A DNA stretch of 61,801 nucleotides, the filler included. It is 7 parts of 7 records of this genome, joined end to end, with 100 filler letters (N's around TTAATTAATTAA, not from the genome) between each part and the next. Parts side by side here need not be neighbours in the genome. Positions count along the whole stretch, not along the records: positions 13,918 to 27,694 come from SRR31147125_2014; 6 more parts are not named here. One strand, 5' to 3'. Made by a program: the position numbers and the translations under genes. Every line of letters begins with the position of its first letter. Positions within the stretch are counted from its first letter, which is position 1. The notes below the pieces were generated by a model. That model saw only the letters and a program-made list of their open reading frames with translations. It was not told the origin of the DNA and did not search any database. Of this stretch, positions 16,696 to 26,568 are shown piece by piece.

Positions 16696-17976
16696 TATCT
16701 GCCTCCAGCCATGCATCTATGGTATCCTGCTGATCATCGGTTGGCTTATCCAGATATACCCCTTCGGAAATCAACCTGGCATTGGCTATAGCCTGATCGA
16801 GATGCCTGGGTATAATATGAACTCCCGGTGCATAGTCTGATGTAACTAATTCATGACAGGATAAACCCTGTACGGCAAAGGAAAGATCCATTATTTCTAT
16901 TGGATGACCAAGCCCTCCAGCTATATTGACAAGGGCTCCTGAAGATAGCACATTAACCAATTTTTTATCTTCCCAATTAAAGCAGCTGATACCTTTGCGG
17001 ACCTCTTCAACTGTGGAAGACTCAAGACTTAATGCCTCTACATCTATTTCCAGATCATGATGCCCTGCATTGGCTAAAATGACATTCTCTTTTAAATAGG
17101 AAAATGCCTGGAGGCCAAGGCTCTCATGCCACCTGTGGCTGTAATAACGATATCTGCTGACGGTAGTGCCTCTTTTGCCGGGGCAACTTTGTGTCCATCC
17201 ATAAAAGCTTCGAGAGCCTTGATCGGCTCAATCTCTATAATTATTGCACGACCACCCATTGCTCTCACATAGTTGGCAATACCCCGACCTACCCATCCGT
17301 ACCCGATAACGGCAACCTGTTTTCCTGCCATAAGGAAATTTGTCATATTGAGAATTGCCTGAACCGTGGATTGTCCAGTTCCGTATCTGTTATCAAACAT
17401 ATGTTTACATGCAGCATCGTTTGCTGCCATTGATGGGAATGGAAGTTTCCCAGCTTGAAATAGCGCTTTCAACCGGGCAACTCCAGTCGTGGTTTCTTCT
17501 GAGACACCTTTCAACTTTGAGAATAGGGCGGGTCTGTGCTTGGCCATGCGAATAGTTAGCTCTGCACCATCATCAATAATATATTCCGGTTCTGTATCTG
17601 CAACAGCCAGCAAATCCCGTTCCCATTGTTCATAACTACTGTTCTGGGATGAATGTACTTCAATTCCCCGCTCCACTAATGCGGCAGTTATCACATCCTT
17701 GGTTGAATGAGGATTGCTTCCAGCAACTACTACATATGCCCCAGCTTCTGCCAGTATTGTTGCAAGATAAGCTGTTTTAGCTTCCAAATGTATCACCAGG
17801 GCTATTCGTTTGCCTACGAGAGAACCATCTTTGAGCGTTGTTCTCAGCAAACCGTTTAATACTGGTGAATGTCGTTTGGCCCAATCTATAGCCAGATGAC
17901 CCTCAGCCGCACAGGATGGATCGGCAATTCTCGACTTTGCAGCAATCTCTTGTAATCTGTTTATCATTGAATCCAT
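16688..17976 (-). CDS. ahcY: Adenosylhomocysteinase (short AhcY/SIH hydrolase-type), frameshifted near 17100
   Basis: IHLEAKTA, IIDDGAEL, EETTTG, KHMFDNRYGTGQS, GYGWVGRG; shifted frame continues YLKENVILANAGHHDLEID...GLGHPIEIMDLSFA to the stop at 16688. Confidence 0.85.
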
Positions 17977-18010
17977 ATGAACTCCGTTTATTTATTATCT
18001 TTCATGAAAA

Positions 18011-18039
18011 ATAATAAATGGAGTTCGGCCGTTTGTCAA
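18011..18039 (-). promoter_or_regulatory. Sigma70-type promoter of the ahcY-ahcY-ABC operon
   Basis: Minus strand TTGACA-17 nt-TATTAT, ~35 nt upstream of ATG 17976. Confidence 0.65.
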
Positions 18040-18238
18040 GAAAATTCTTAAATTCTGATTCTGATTCTGGCGATAATCCAATGATTTTTACTGCTGAGAC
18101 TACTCTATCTATTACCTGTTTCAATGTAGAGGGATACAATTCTTGATTTTCATCAAGAACAAAAGAACCATGAGTTATATTTGTTACCATTAATTTGCTG
18201 GTAGGGAAATTAGGCACCTTCCCTCTAGCGCCTTAGTC

Positions 18239-18270
18239 AAAAAAACCGGCCATTTAGGACCGGTTTTTTT
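18239..18270 (-). terminator. Intrinsic terminator after the transketolase genes
   Basis: AAAAAAACCGG...CCGGTTTTTTT hairpin immediately after the stop at 18271. Confidence 0.75.
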
Positions 18271-19203
18271 TTATTTTATTCGTGCTATTAATCTCTTAGC
18301 AGCTTCTACAATCCTTGTCTCAGTTAAACCGTATTTTATGAGAAGATCCTCATAAGGTCCTGACTCGGTAAAACAGTCATCAATCCCAACAAAGTCCATC
18401 GGAACTGGATATTCACGTACCAGCAGTTCCGCAACAGCGCTTCCCATACCTCCAAGCACTGAATGTTCCTCTACAGAAAGAAATGCCCCGGTTTTTTTTA
18501 CTGATGAAACAATACTTTCTCTATCCAAAGGCTTAATGCTGCCAATATCAAGAACTTCCGCAGAAATATGTTCTTCCGTAAGATTCTCAACTGCCCGTAA
18601 GACTGCAGCTGTAGGTATACCGCAGGTGCCGATTGTCAAGTCACTTCCTTCTATCAAGCAGGGAGATTTTCCCGGTAAAAGCGGATATTTCCTCTCCAAA
18701 CTCGGATTAGGGTTTCTACTTAATCTCAGATATACCGGACCGCCAATCTTAAGAGCCTCTACAAGCAGCGGATACACATCATCGGCATCCCCTGCCACTA
18801 AAACAGTCATATTTGGCAGTGCCCGCATAATTGCTATATCGGTCAAAGACTGATGACTAGCCCCGTCAAAAGAATCTGACAACCCTGAATAACCTCCTAC
18901 TATGATCACAGGAAGATTATTATAACAGATCGCATTACGTATTTGGTCTGTACTTTTCAGGGCAAGAAAAATAGCAAACGCACTGATAATCGGACGATAA
19001 CCGCAAGCAGCCATACCAGATGCAATACCGGCAAGATTAGCTTCCGCCACTCCTACATTATAAAAACGTTCAGGAAATTTCTGCCCGAATTTAATCGTTT
19101 TTGTACTTGAAGAGACATCTGCATCTAGTACCATGATATCTTTTCTTGATTCACCGAGCTGTACCAGAGCCTTTCCAAACTGTTCCCGCATGCTCTTATC
19201 CAT
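18271..19203 (-). CDS. Transketolase C-terminal subunit (split transketolase)
   Basis: LDADVSSST, FYNVGVAEANL, DGASHQ, GPVYLRL, SIKPLD, VEEHSVLGGMGSAVAE. Confidence 0.92.
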   Translation of the reverse strand: MDKSMREQFGKALVQLGESRKDIMVLDADVSSSTKTIKFGQKFPERFYNVGVAEANLAGIASGMAACGYRPIISAFAIFLALKSTDQIRNAICYNNLPVIIVGGYSGLSDSFDGASHQSLTDIAIMRALPNMTVLVAGDADDVYPLLVEALKIGGPVYLRLSRNPNPSLERKYPLLPGKSPCLIEGSDLTIGTCGIPTAAVLRAVENLTEEHISAEVLDIGSIKPLDRESIVSSVKKTGAFLSVEEHSVLGGMGSAVAELLVREYPVPMDFVGIDDCFTESGPYEDLLIKYGLTETRIVEAAKRLIARIK

Positions 19204-20045
19204 TATTTCTCCTCCCAGTCTGCAAGCTCTTTTTCTAATTGAGGAAGGGCTTTGTCAAAATGTTCATCACCAACAGGAGCTCCATGCCATGTATGTTTAT
19301 TCTCCATAAATGAGACCCCCTTTCCTTTGACAGTTCTGAAGAAGATTACTTTTGGTCCTTCATCTTCCTGATCCAGCCAGGAAAAGGCTTTTCGTATACT
19401 TTGTACACTATGACCGTTATGGATTTCACCATCAGTTATCCAATTGAAGGCTTTGAATTTGTCCGGTAGGGGGTCAAGCGGCATGATATCGTCGCTCTCT
19501 CCATCAAGCTGAACTTTATTGTAATCCACAAGCAAAACTAATTGAGAGGGCTTGAACTTTCCTGCAGCCATTACAGCTTCCCAGGTTTGCCCCTCATTCA
19601 GGCAGCCTTCGCCAACAACGACATATGTCCAATAGTTGGTTTTTGCGTGCTGAGTCATAAGGCTCATTCCCAATCCAACCGATAGACCATGCCCAAGAGC
19701 TCCGGTGGAAAAATCAACTCCCGGGGTTTTTCTCATGCTTGGGTGCCCCTGAAGCATACTATCGATATCCCGAAGGGTGTTGAGGCTTCCGGCAGGAATA
19801 AACCCTCTCTCTTCTAGAATTGCATACAACATGGGGGCCGCATGCCCCTTGCTGAGTATGAATCGATCCCGTTCCGGCCAGTCAAATTCTTCCGGGAGAA
19901 TATTCATTCTGTCAAAATAGAGCGTCGTAAGAATCTCTGCGACTGAAGAGGATCCTCCCCAATGTCCTGAGCCCTTTTCATGTAAGGTTTTCAACACCCT
20001 TATTCGTAATGCATACGCCAAGGCCTGCAGAGCTTCATCTGTCAT
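19203..20045 (-). CDS. Transketolase N-terminal (ThDP-binding) subunit
   Basis: SGHWGG, RDRFILSKGH, LQGHP, STGALGHG, GEGCLNEGQTWEA (GDG->GEG), KGKGVSFME. Confidence 0.92.
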   Translation of the reverse strand: MTDEALQALAYALRIRVLKTLHEKGSGHWGGSSSVAEILTTLYFDRMNILPEEFDWPERDRFILSKGHAAPMLYAILEERGFIPAGSLNTLRDIDSMLQGHPSMRKTPGVDFSTGALGHGLSVGLGMSLMTQHAKTNYWTYVVVGEGCLNEGQTWEAVMAAGKFKPSQLVLLVDYNKVQLDGESDDIMPLDPLPDKFKAFNWITDGEIHNGHSVQSIRKAFSWLDQEDEGPKVIFFRTVKGKGVSFMENKHTWHGAPVGDEHFDKALPQLEKELADWEEK

Positions 20046-20126
20046 CTTCTTTTTTTATTCATTAGACACTTTCCCTCTCTTGTTCTTTTTTACTCAAAGG
20101 GTTTTCATTTTAGAATTGAGCGTGGT

Positions 20127-20933
20127 TTATATAAATTTTCTCAAATATGTAATCGCTTCATATGCAGCTGCATCAGGTTCGGGATAAGGCAGTATTTCCA
20201 GGGCTGCATATCCAGAATATGCTATATCATTCAGTGCCTGTACTATTGATTTGAAATCAAGATGCCCGCGTCCTGGTGCCCACCGATTTGAATCCGCAAA
20301 ATGCACATAGCTGATTTTTGCAGCATGTTGCCTGAGCGCCCCCTCAATAGAGGGATCTTCTATATTCATATGGAAGATATCGGGCATCATCTTCAAGTTC
20401 CTGCAGCTGAATGACTCAATAACCTCGACACATTCATTACATGTATTGATGAAATTTATCTCATAACGATTTACGGGTTCCAGTGCTACAGTAACTCCAA
20501 GTTTTTCCGCACTCTCAAGTATTGTCTCCATAGATTCGCGGAAAAGAGCATACGAATCAGTATCCGGATACTGCCCGCCGCGAACACGCCCGATATTGAT
20601 TTGAGCTTCAAGTTCAGCGGCAATTTCAACAAGACTGATATAGTCAAAAATCGCTTTTTTTCTGCGTTTTTCATCCGGATCGGAAAAACTGACTCCCGTA
20701 TCTGCATGAATCTGCCCAGTTGATACCATAGGCACTTCAAGCCCTGTATCCTTTAGCGCTTTCTTCAGGCTTGTCATCTCAATTTGATCTCTATGCAGAA
20801 GAGCAAGTTCAATTCCGTCATAGCCTAGTCTTGCTGCTTTATCAAGACTTACCTCTATTTTATCGCGATATACGACAAATGATGATGGAAGTGCCTGTTC
20901 CGGTGCTATTGCCAAAGCAAGTTTCATACCCAT
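20127..20933 (-). CDS. Sugar phosphate isomerase/epimerase (xylose-isomerase-like TIM barrel, IolO-like)
   Basis: GYDGIEL, ALEPVNRYE, DIFHMNIED, VHFADSNRWAPGRGHLDF, ALEILP. Confidence 0.85.
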   Translation of the reverse strand: MGMKLALAIAPEQALPSSFVVYRDKIEVSLDKAARLGYDGIELALLHRDQIEMTSLKKALKDTGLEVPMVSTGQIHADTGVSFSDPDEKRRKKAIFDYISLVEIAAELEAQINIGRVRGGQYPDTDSYALFRESMETILESAEKLGVTVALEPVNRYEINFINTCNECVEVIESFSCRNLKMMPDIFHMNIEDPSIEGALRQHAAKISYVHFADSNRWAPGRGHLDFKSIVQALNDIAYSGYAALEILPYPEPDAAAYEAITYLRKFI

Positions 20934-20949
20934 TTTTTCACAACCTTCT

Positions 20950-21966
20950 TCACTTCTTTTTTTGATAAGAGCTCATATCCGCTACCCATTGTGATACCAG
21001 CTCCATTCCGTTCACTTCGCAGGCAAATCGTCCATTCGGTTCACGGCCCCAAAGTCCCATAGTGTCAATTACTGTTTCACCCTGAGTCATTGAACCACAG
21101 CATTCAACATCCATAGCAACATCCAGCGTTTTAAACCAGTCAGGATTAATCAAATATCCCGTTGTTGTAAGGTCGTTTAATCCAATTCCAGCTCCCCGGG
21201 TAGAGACCTGTTCCGATGCCTTAATCTCATTCAGGACATTACCTTCATTGTCCCTGATATACATAACCGCTTTATGTCTTCTGAAATCGAGAATTTTCAT
21301 CAGCCATTCGGTAACAGGTGACTTAACGGATGCTATTGCATCAAGATCCTCTACACGCTGAGTTACTTTATCGCAGACATCAAGGCCTATCTGAACAATT
21401 CTTATTCCCGAGTTATAGACTACCTTAGCAGCTTCAGGATCAATATATACATTGAAACTTGCTCTAGGAGAGGAATTTCCCGATACCCGGTAAGCCCCTC
21501 CCATAAAGATGATCTCTTCGACATGTTCACAAAAAGTTTCGTCCTGAAGAATAGCCAGAGCGATATTGGTCAGTGGTCCAAGAGCCAGAATCGTAATCGG
21601 TTTATCGGATTTTTTTGCAATTTCCACCATTCGGTACGGAGCAAAGCCTTCACTGAGCTGAGTTTCCGGCATTGGAAGGCCTGGAACATCTCCCAGCCCA
21701 TCTTTCCCATGAATCCATTCAGCATTCTCCACCTTTCGTACGAGTGGACGATATGCGCCGCGATAGACGGGAATATCTGATCTTCCAGCTGTTTCAAGCA
21801 CTCTCAGGGCATTTATTACACACTTTTCGACACCAACATTCCCATTGGTTACGGTAAGAGCCTTAATATCCACTTTCCCCGAAGCTATGGTCCAAAGAAT
21901 TGATGCTGAGTCATCATCACCAGGATCGGTATCTATGATAACCGGTTTCAGATATGTATTATTCAT
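20950..21966 (-). CDS. Nucleoside hydrolase (IUNH family)
   Basis: IIDTDPGDDD, TNGN, IHGKDGLG, LGPLTNIA, IFMGG, FNVYIDPEAA, GLDV; ND in place of the usual HD. Confidence 0.88.
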   Translation of the reverse strand: MNNTYLKPVIIDTDPGDDDSASILWTIASGKVDIKALTVTNGNVGVEKCVINALRVLETAGRSDIPVYRGAYRPLVRKVENAEWIHGKDGLGDVPGLPMPETQLSEGFAPYRMVEIAKKSDKPITILALGPLTNIALAILQDETFCEHVEEIIFMGGAYRVSGNSSPRASFNVYIDPEAAKVVYNSGIRIVQIGLDVCDKVTQRVEDLDAIASVKSPVTEWLMKILDFRRHKAVMYIRDNEGNVLNEIKASEQVSTRGAGIGLNDLTTTGYLINPDWFKTLDVAMDVECCGSMTQGETVIDTMGLWGREPNGRFACEVNGMELVSQWVADMSSYQKKK

Positions 21967-21993
21967 AATTTTCTATCCTTATTACATTTCAGG

Positions 21994-22482
21994 TTACTCT
22001 ATGTCATCAATTGCAGGATTCCATACAGAATTACTGAAATTCTCTTTTTCAGCTTCTTTTATAAGTCCCAGGGAGATATTGTGCCGGCCCCCTTCAAACG
22101 GAGTATCCAGCCAGAGGTGCAGATAATCCAATGCTTCAAAAATTCCAGTACATTTACCACCAAGACAAAGGATATTCGAATTGTTATGAGCTGATGTCAT
22201 TTTTGCCTGATATGAACTGTAAACGAGAGCCGCCCGAATTCCTTTGAATTTATTGGCGATAATACTCATGCCGATTCCAGTTGAACAAATAAGCACACCT
22301 CTATCTACTTCTCCCGTCTGAATTGCCCGGGCAACTTGAGAAGCATAGTAGGGATAACGCACAATATCAGGAGAACTGCAACCATAATCTATGATGCTAT
22401 GTTTACCTTCTTGTTCTAAATTCTCTATCAACTTCATTTTCAGGTCATAACCGCCATGATCATTTCCAAAAGCTAATTTCAT
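21994..22482 (-). CDS. rpiB: Ribose-5-phosphate isomerase B family
   Basis: NDHGG, ICSTGIGMSIIANKFKGIRAA, HNNSNILCLG, FEGGRH. Confidence 0.88.
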   Translation of the reverse strand: MKLAFGNDHGGYDLKMKLIENLEQEGKHSIIDYGCSSPDIVRYPYYASQVARAIQTGEVDRGVLICSTGIGMSIIANKFKGIRAALVYSSYQAKMTSAHNNSNILCLGGKCTGIFEALDYLHLWLDTPFEGGRHNISLGLIKEAEKENFSNSVWNPAIDDIE

Positions 22483-22501
22483 ACATTTCTCCTTAAGTCG
22501 C

Positions 22502-23767
22502 TCAGAAAAAGAGACTTGGAAGCCACATACTGATTATTGGAATAAACGTAGTAATCAGTAGAAGAATGAATAACACAGCAAACATAGGAATCACTTGTTT
22601 CACAACCCTCATGACCGGCACTCCCGAAATAGTGGATACAACAAAGAGGGAGATACCCAGCGGCGGAGTAAGCAAGCCGAGAGTCAGGTTGATAATCATA
22701 ATGATGCCGAAATGCACTGGGTCAATTCCAAACTGCATAACGATGGGAAGCAGCAGGGGTGTAGTAATCAGAATGGCAGAGATACCTTCCATGAAACATC
22801 CCAGCAGCAGCAGTACGAGATTAATTAAGATAAGAACTACTATTTTGTTACTGGTAAACGACGTAATAAATGTTGAAATGAGTACCGGTACATTCTCGAG
22901 TGATATGAAATAGGTAAAGCAGGCAGCAATTGCAAAAAGTGTACTGACACTTCCGAGGGATGTTCCTGTTTTAATTAAGATTCTGGGTAAATCTTTCCAG
23001 GTTATCTCTTTATAGACAAACAACCCAAGAATCAATCCATAAAGACAAGCTACTGCAGCTGCTTCGGTCGGGGTAAACATGCCAGTATAAATACCAACTA
23101 GAATTATTATCGGCATCAGCATAGGTCCGATTGCTTTAATAAACTCTTTTATCACAACGGATATCGGATAAGCTTCACTTGTCGGAAATTGCTTTCTATG
23201 TGCTATAAATCCAACAAGAATCATCAATACAACACCCATCAGAATTCCCGGGATAAGCCCTGCTGCAAAGAGAGATCCAATTGAGGTGTTTGAAACAACA
23301 CCATACATAATTACAGGAACACTTGGGGGAATAATAGGTCCGATTGATGCGGAGGCTACCGTCAGTGCGGCAGAAAAATCCTTATCGTACCCCTGAGCAT
23401 CCATCATCTCAATTTCGATAGGTCCAAGAGCCGCAACATCCGCAACAGCGTTCCCGGTAATTCCTGCGAAGAACATACTGGCTAATACATTTACGTGTGC
23501 TATACCGCCACGAAACCGCCCGACAAGCACTTTGGAGAATCTGATGATTCTCTTCAGGGTGCCCCCTTCATCCATCAAGTTTCCCGCTAAAAGAAACAAT
23601 GGTACAGCAAGCATGACAAACGAGTTAAGTCCTACAAACTGACGCTGAAGTATTATCCATGCCGGCAGCTGCTCTGATAAAAAATAGGTAAGACTTGCTA
23701 AACCCAATACGAAGTAGAGAGGCAGTCCGATTACCAATAAAACTACGAAGACAATTACTACTAGCAT
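22502..23767 (-). CDS. dctM: TRAP transporter large permease
   Basis: LAVPLFLLAG, GGIAHVNV, GPIIPPS, FTPTEAA, GIDPVHFG, LTPPLG. Confidence 0.93.
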   Translation of the reverse strand: MLVVIVFVVLLVIGLPLYFVLGLASLTYFLSEQLPAWIILQRQFVGLNSFVMLAVPLFLLAGNLMDEGGTLKRIIRFSKVLVGRFRGGIAHVNVLASMFFAGITGNAVADVAALGPIEIEMMDAQGYDKDFSAALTVASASIGPIIPPSVPVIMYGVVSNTSIGSLFAAGLIPGILMGVVLMILVGFIAHRKQFPTSEAYPISVVIKEFIKAIGPMLMPIIILVGIYTGMFTPTEAAAVACLYGLILGLFVYKEITWKDLPRILIKTGTSLGSVSTLFAIAACFTYFISLENVPVLISTFITSFTSNKIVVLILINLVLLLLGCFMEGISAILITTPLLLPIVMQFGIDPVHFGIIMIINLTLGLLTPPLGISLFVVSTISGVPVMRVVKQVIPMFAVLFILLLITTFIPIISMWLPSLFF

Positions 23768-24289
23768 TTATACAGCCTCACCCTTTTGTTTACCGGCTTC
23801 GATAAAAGTCAAAATCCTTTTAAACATTCCTGTCAAACTGAAGTATGCGGTAAATACATAGCCAATTACCGGTCCAAGATAGGCATAAAACATGAGAACT
23901 CGTAATTCAGGTGAAATCTGACCCGAAGTATAGAGATGTTTCATAAAGATTCTTGATGATATAAGTATGGTGATGAGAAAAAATTGTATCAGTACATCGT
24001 AGAGAAAAGGCAAATACCGCCGGATTTTCTCCGGCAGTATTGTGTTAAGAAGATCAACACTGGGAAACATATCCTTCCGGTAGGCAAGCGCCATCCCAAG
24101 ATAGATAGCCCAGACACAGGAAAAGGTTCCCAACTCCCCCAGCCATACAACCGGAGAGTTAATGTTTCTGGTAAGCACACTAAAAACAACGGTTAAAAAC
24201 AGAACTGCAAGTGTTATAACTATCATAACATTAATAACTTTTTCAGCTATATCTGCTATTTTCTGCATGAAAGCAACAAGTTTTTTCAT
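23768..24289 (-). CDS. dctQ: TRAP transporter small permease
   Basis: Four TM segments, W..EL motif, lies between dctP and dctM. Confidence 0.85.
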   Translation of the reverse strand: MKKLVAFMQKIADIAEKVINVMIVITLAVLFLTVVFSVLTRNINSPVVWLGELGTFSCVWAIYLGMALAYRKDMFPSVDLLNTILPEKIRRYLPFLYDVLIQFFLITILISSRIFMKHLYTSGQISPELRVLMFYAYLGPVIGYVFTAYFSLTGMFKRILTFIEAGKQKGEAV

Positions 24290-24334
24290 ACCTCTTCCTT
24301 GTAAATAATCTTCAAATAATTGCCTTATTTCAGG

Positions 24335-25354
24335 CTATTTCATAGCCTCAATATCATCAACAACTTCCTGAGCCCAGGGTTCAAGCTGCTGCTTGTATTT
24401 ATCGCGAACTGGTTTTACAAGGTCAAGGAACGGTGCCGGATCTGGTGTACTATACTCAAGCCCTTGTTCCTTAAGGAAATCAATAGCAATACCAGTCTGT
24501 TCAATACTCTGTTCGTTCAGATAGGCAACGGCTTTTGCAACACCTTCTTCCAGGATTTCCTGATATTCGGTCGGTAGCTTATCATACAACGGTTTTGATG
24601 AAACGATGAGCATCGGAGACGCAAAAATCGGAATTCTTGAGGCATACTTAAGAATTTCATAGAACTTCATCGATTTTACTGCGGCAGGTACGTGATCTAT
24701 CCCGTCCACAACGCCCAACTGGAGTCCGCTGTAGAGCTCTGCCCATGCTGTAGTAGTTACATTTGCACCAAGTGCTTTATAGGTATCTACAAGAATGGGA
24801 ACTCCCATAACTCGTATTTTTTTGCCCCTCAGATCCGCAGGGGTCTCAACCGGGTTCTTATTAAGGAATGTATCACGAAAAACATACTGACCTGTTCCCA
24901 ATTCCAGAAGACCTACTTCAGCTCCGGCAGCACGCAGGCGAGACTGTATTTCTTCAGTTTCATAGACGGTCTGAAGCTGCTCAACACTGCCGAAAAGTCC
25001 TGGAAGTGAATAGAGCCCATATCCTGGAACAAATTCTGCATACGGACTTGCTGATGCAATAGTCATAGCCAGAGTTCCCAGCTGCATTGATTCCAACACT
25101 TCCCGTTCCCAGCCCAAAGTTCCTGAGTGGTATACTTCAATTATAAATTTACCATCTGTCTGCTCAGCAACATAGTCAGCAAGAACTTCTGCCGTTCCAT
25201 TGATAAAGTTGTCAGGTGATTGCGTATGTGATAATTTCCAGGTTACTTCAGGTAACTCGTCTGTGGCTACAGACTCTTCCTGACCGGCGGCAATGATCAT
25301 GCTGGTTGTCAGCAATAAAATCAAAACCATTGTAAAAATTACAGTTTTTTTCAT
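24335..25354 (-). CDS. dctP: TRAP transporter substrate-binding protein
   Basis: Signal peptide (AAGQEE), YHSGTLG, DLRGKKIRVM, WAELYSGLQLGVVDG. Confidence 0.92.
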   Translation of the reverse strand: MKKTVIFTMVLILLLTTSMIIAAGQEESVATDELPEVTWKLSHTQSPDNFINGTAEVLADYVAEQTDGKFIIEVYHSGTLGWEREVLESMQLGTLAMTIASASPYAEFVPGYGLYSLPGLFGSVEQLQTVYETEEIQSRLRAAGAEVGLLELGTGQYVFRDTFLNKNPVETPADLRGKKIRVMGVPILVDTYKALGANVTTTAWAELYSGLQLGVVDGIDHVPAAVKSMKFYEILKYASRIPIFASPMLIVSSKPLYDKLPTEYQEILEEGVAKAVAYLNEQSIEQTGIAIDFLKEQGLEYSTPDPAPFLDLVKPVRDKYKQQLEPWAQEVVDDIEAMK

Positions 25355-25383
25355 AATGAACTCCTTTATGATTGTATTTTGTA

Positions 25384-25396
25384 TATTGTATACTAT
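25384..25396. promoter_or_regulatory. Candidate GntR operator overlapping the dctP -10
   Basis: TATTGTATACTAT; minus-strand TTGACT-16 nt-TACAAT overlaps it. Confidence 0.5.
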
Positions 25397-25534
25397 TATT
25401 TCGAGAAGTCAAGTTAAGTCTTTGTAAATTTTCCAATTTTATTCCGTAAAATGTCTTTATTACTTATATTACAAGTATTAACAGTGTGATTGCGATATAG
25501 TGAAATATTTCTTGACAGATTCAACTTGATTGTT

Positions 25535-25548
25535 TATTGTATACAATA
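25535..25548. promoter_or_regulatory. Candidate GntR operator (perfect palindrome)
   Basis: TATTGTATACAATA upstream of the divergent nucleoside hydrolase; TTGACA at 25512-25517. Confidence 0.55.
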
Positions 25549-25572
25549 TAGCGAAAAACACATGAGGCTACT

Positions 25573-26500
25573 ATGAAAAAAAGAATCATAATAGATACAG
25601 ATGCCGGAGTAGATGATGCTATGGCTATCATGCTTGCTTTACAATCACCGGAACTGGCGATTGCCGCATTTACCACTACTCACGGAAATTCGGAACTGCA
25701 GTTTTGTACACAAAACGTACTGCGTATATTGGAAATCACGAATAATCATTCTATTCCTGTGGCCGTTGGGTGTTCAGCACCTATGATTCGAAAACCCAGT
25801 TACGGAAAATTTGTTCATGGTGATGACGGTTTCGGCAACACGAATTTACCTCAACCCTCTTTACTCCCCATAGATGAACATGCAGTTGATCTTATTATAA
25901 GGTTAATCCATACACACCCGGGCGAAATATCTCTAGTAGCTCTTGGCCCCCTTACCAATATTGCCCTAGCGATGGTAAAAGATAGATCAATTGTAGATAA
26001 AATTGATCAGGTTGTATTTATGGGAGGAACATTTATGACTCCCGGAAATGCAACCCCGGTCTCTTCAGCAAATCTGTTTCATGACCCCCATGCAGCAAGA
26101 ATTGTATACGATTCCGGAGTCAAAGTCGTCTCTGTCGGTCTTGATGCCTGTACAAAATTTTTCTTTACCGAAGATGAAATCAATGCCCTCCCTGAAACCG
26201 GGATGTACGGAAAGTTTATTCATACAATCAGTAAAGGGATATATCTCTCGTACTACTCCAGCTTCTTAGGCTTTACAGGATTCCAGAGTAACGACACCCT
26301 CTATCGGTTACCTTATAGCTCCCGAATTATTCACTACTATGAAACGTCATGTTGATATAGAACTATCGGGTGAGTTTACGACAGCCCAGACAGTTGTAGA
26401 TTACCGGAAACGTTCCGGAAAACCTATAAACACAGAAATATGTATAGATCTTGATGGCGCCGGGTTAAAAAAAATCTTTAATGAGAGGGTTCTATACTGA
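25573..26500 (+). CDS. Second nucleoside hydrolase (IUNH family), frameshifted near 26298
   Basis: IIDTDAGVDD, THGN, VHGDDGFG, LGPLTNIA, FMGG, HDPHAA; after QSND the shifted frame reads SIGYLIAPELF...VDIELSGEFTTAQTVVD... to TGA at 26500. Confidence 0.85.
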
Positions 26501-26537
26501 TACCTTAAAACAGATTGTAGTATTAAGTATTTGTTTT

Positions 26538-26547
26538 TTGTATACTA
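26538..26547. promoter_or_regulatory. Candidate GntR autoregulatory operator
   Basis: TTGTATACTA, ~20 nt upstream of the gntR ATG. Confidence 0.45.
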
Positions 26548-26568
26548 TATGCAAGGATGTAGCGAATA

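Noticed and set aside
18002-18217. 71-aa minus-strand ORF
   Set aside because: No recognisable motif and it runs through the ahcY promoter; probably spurious.
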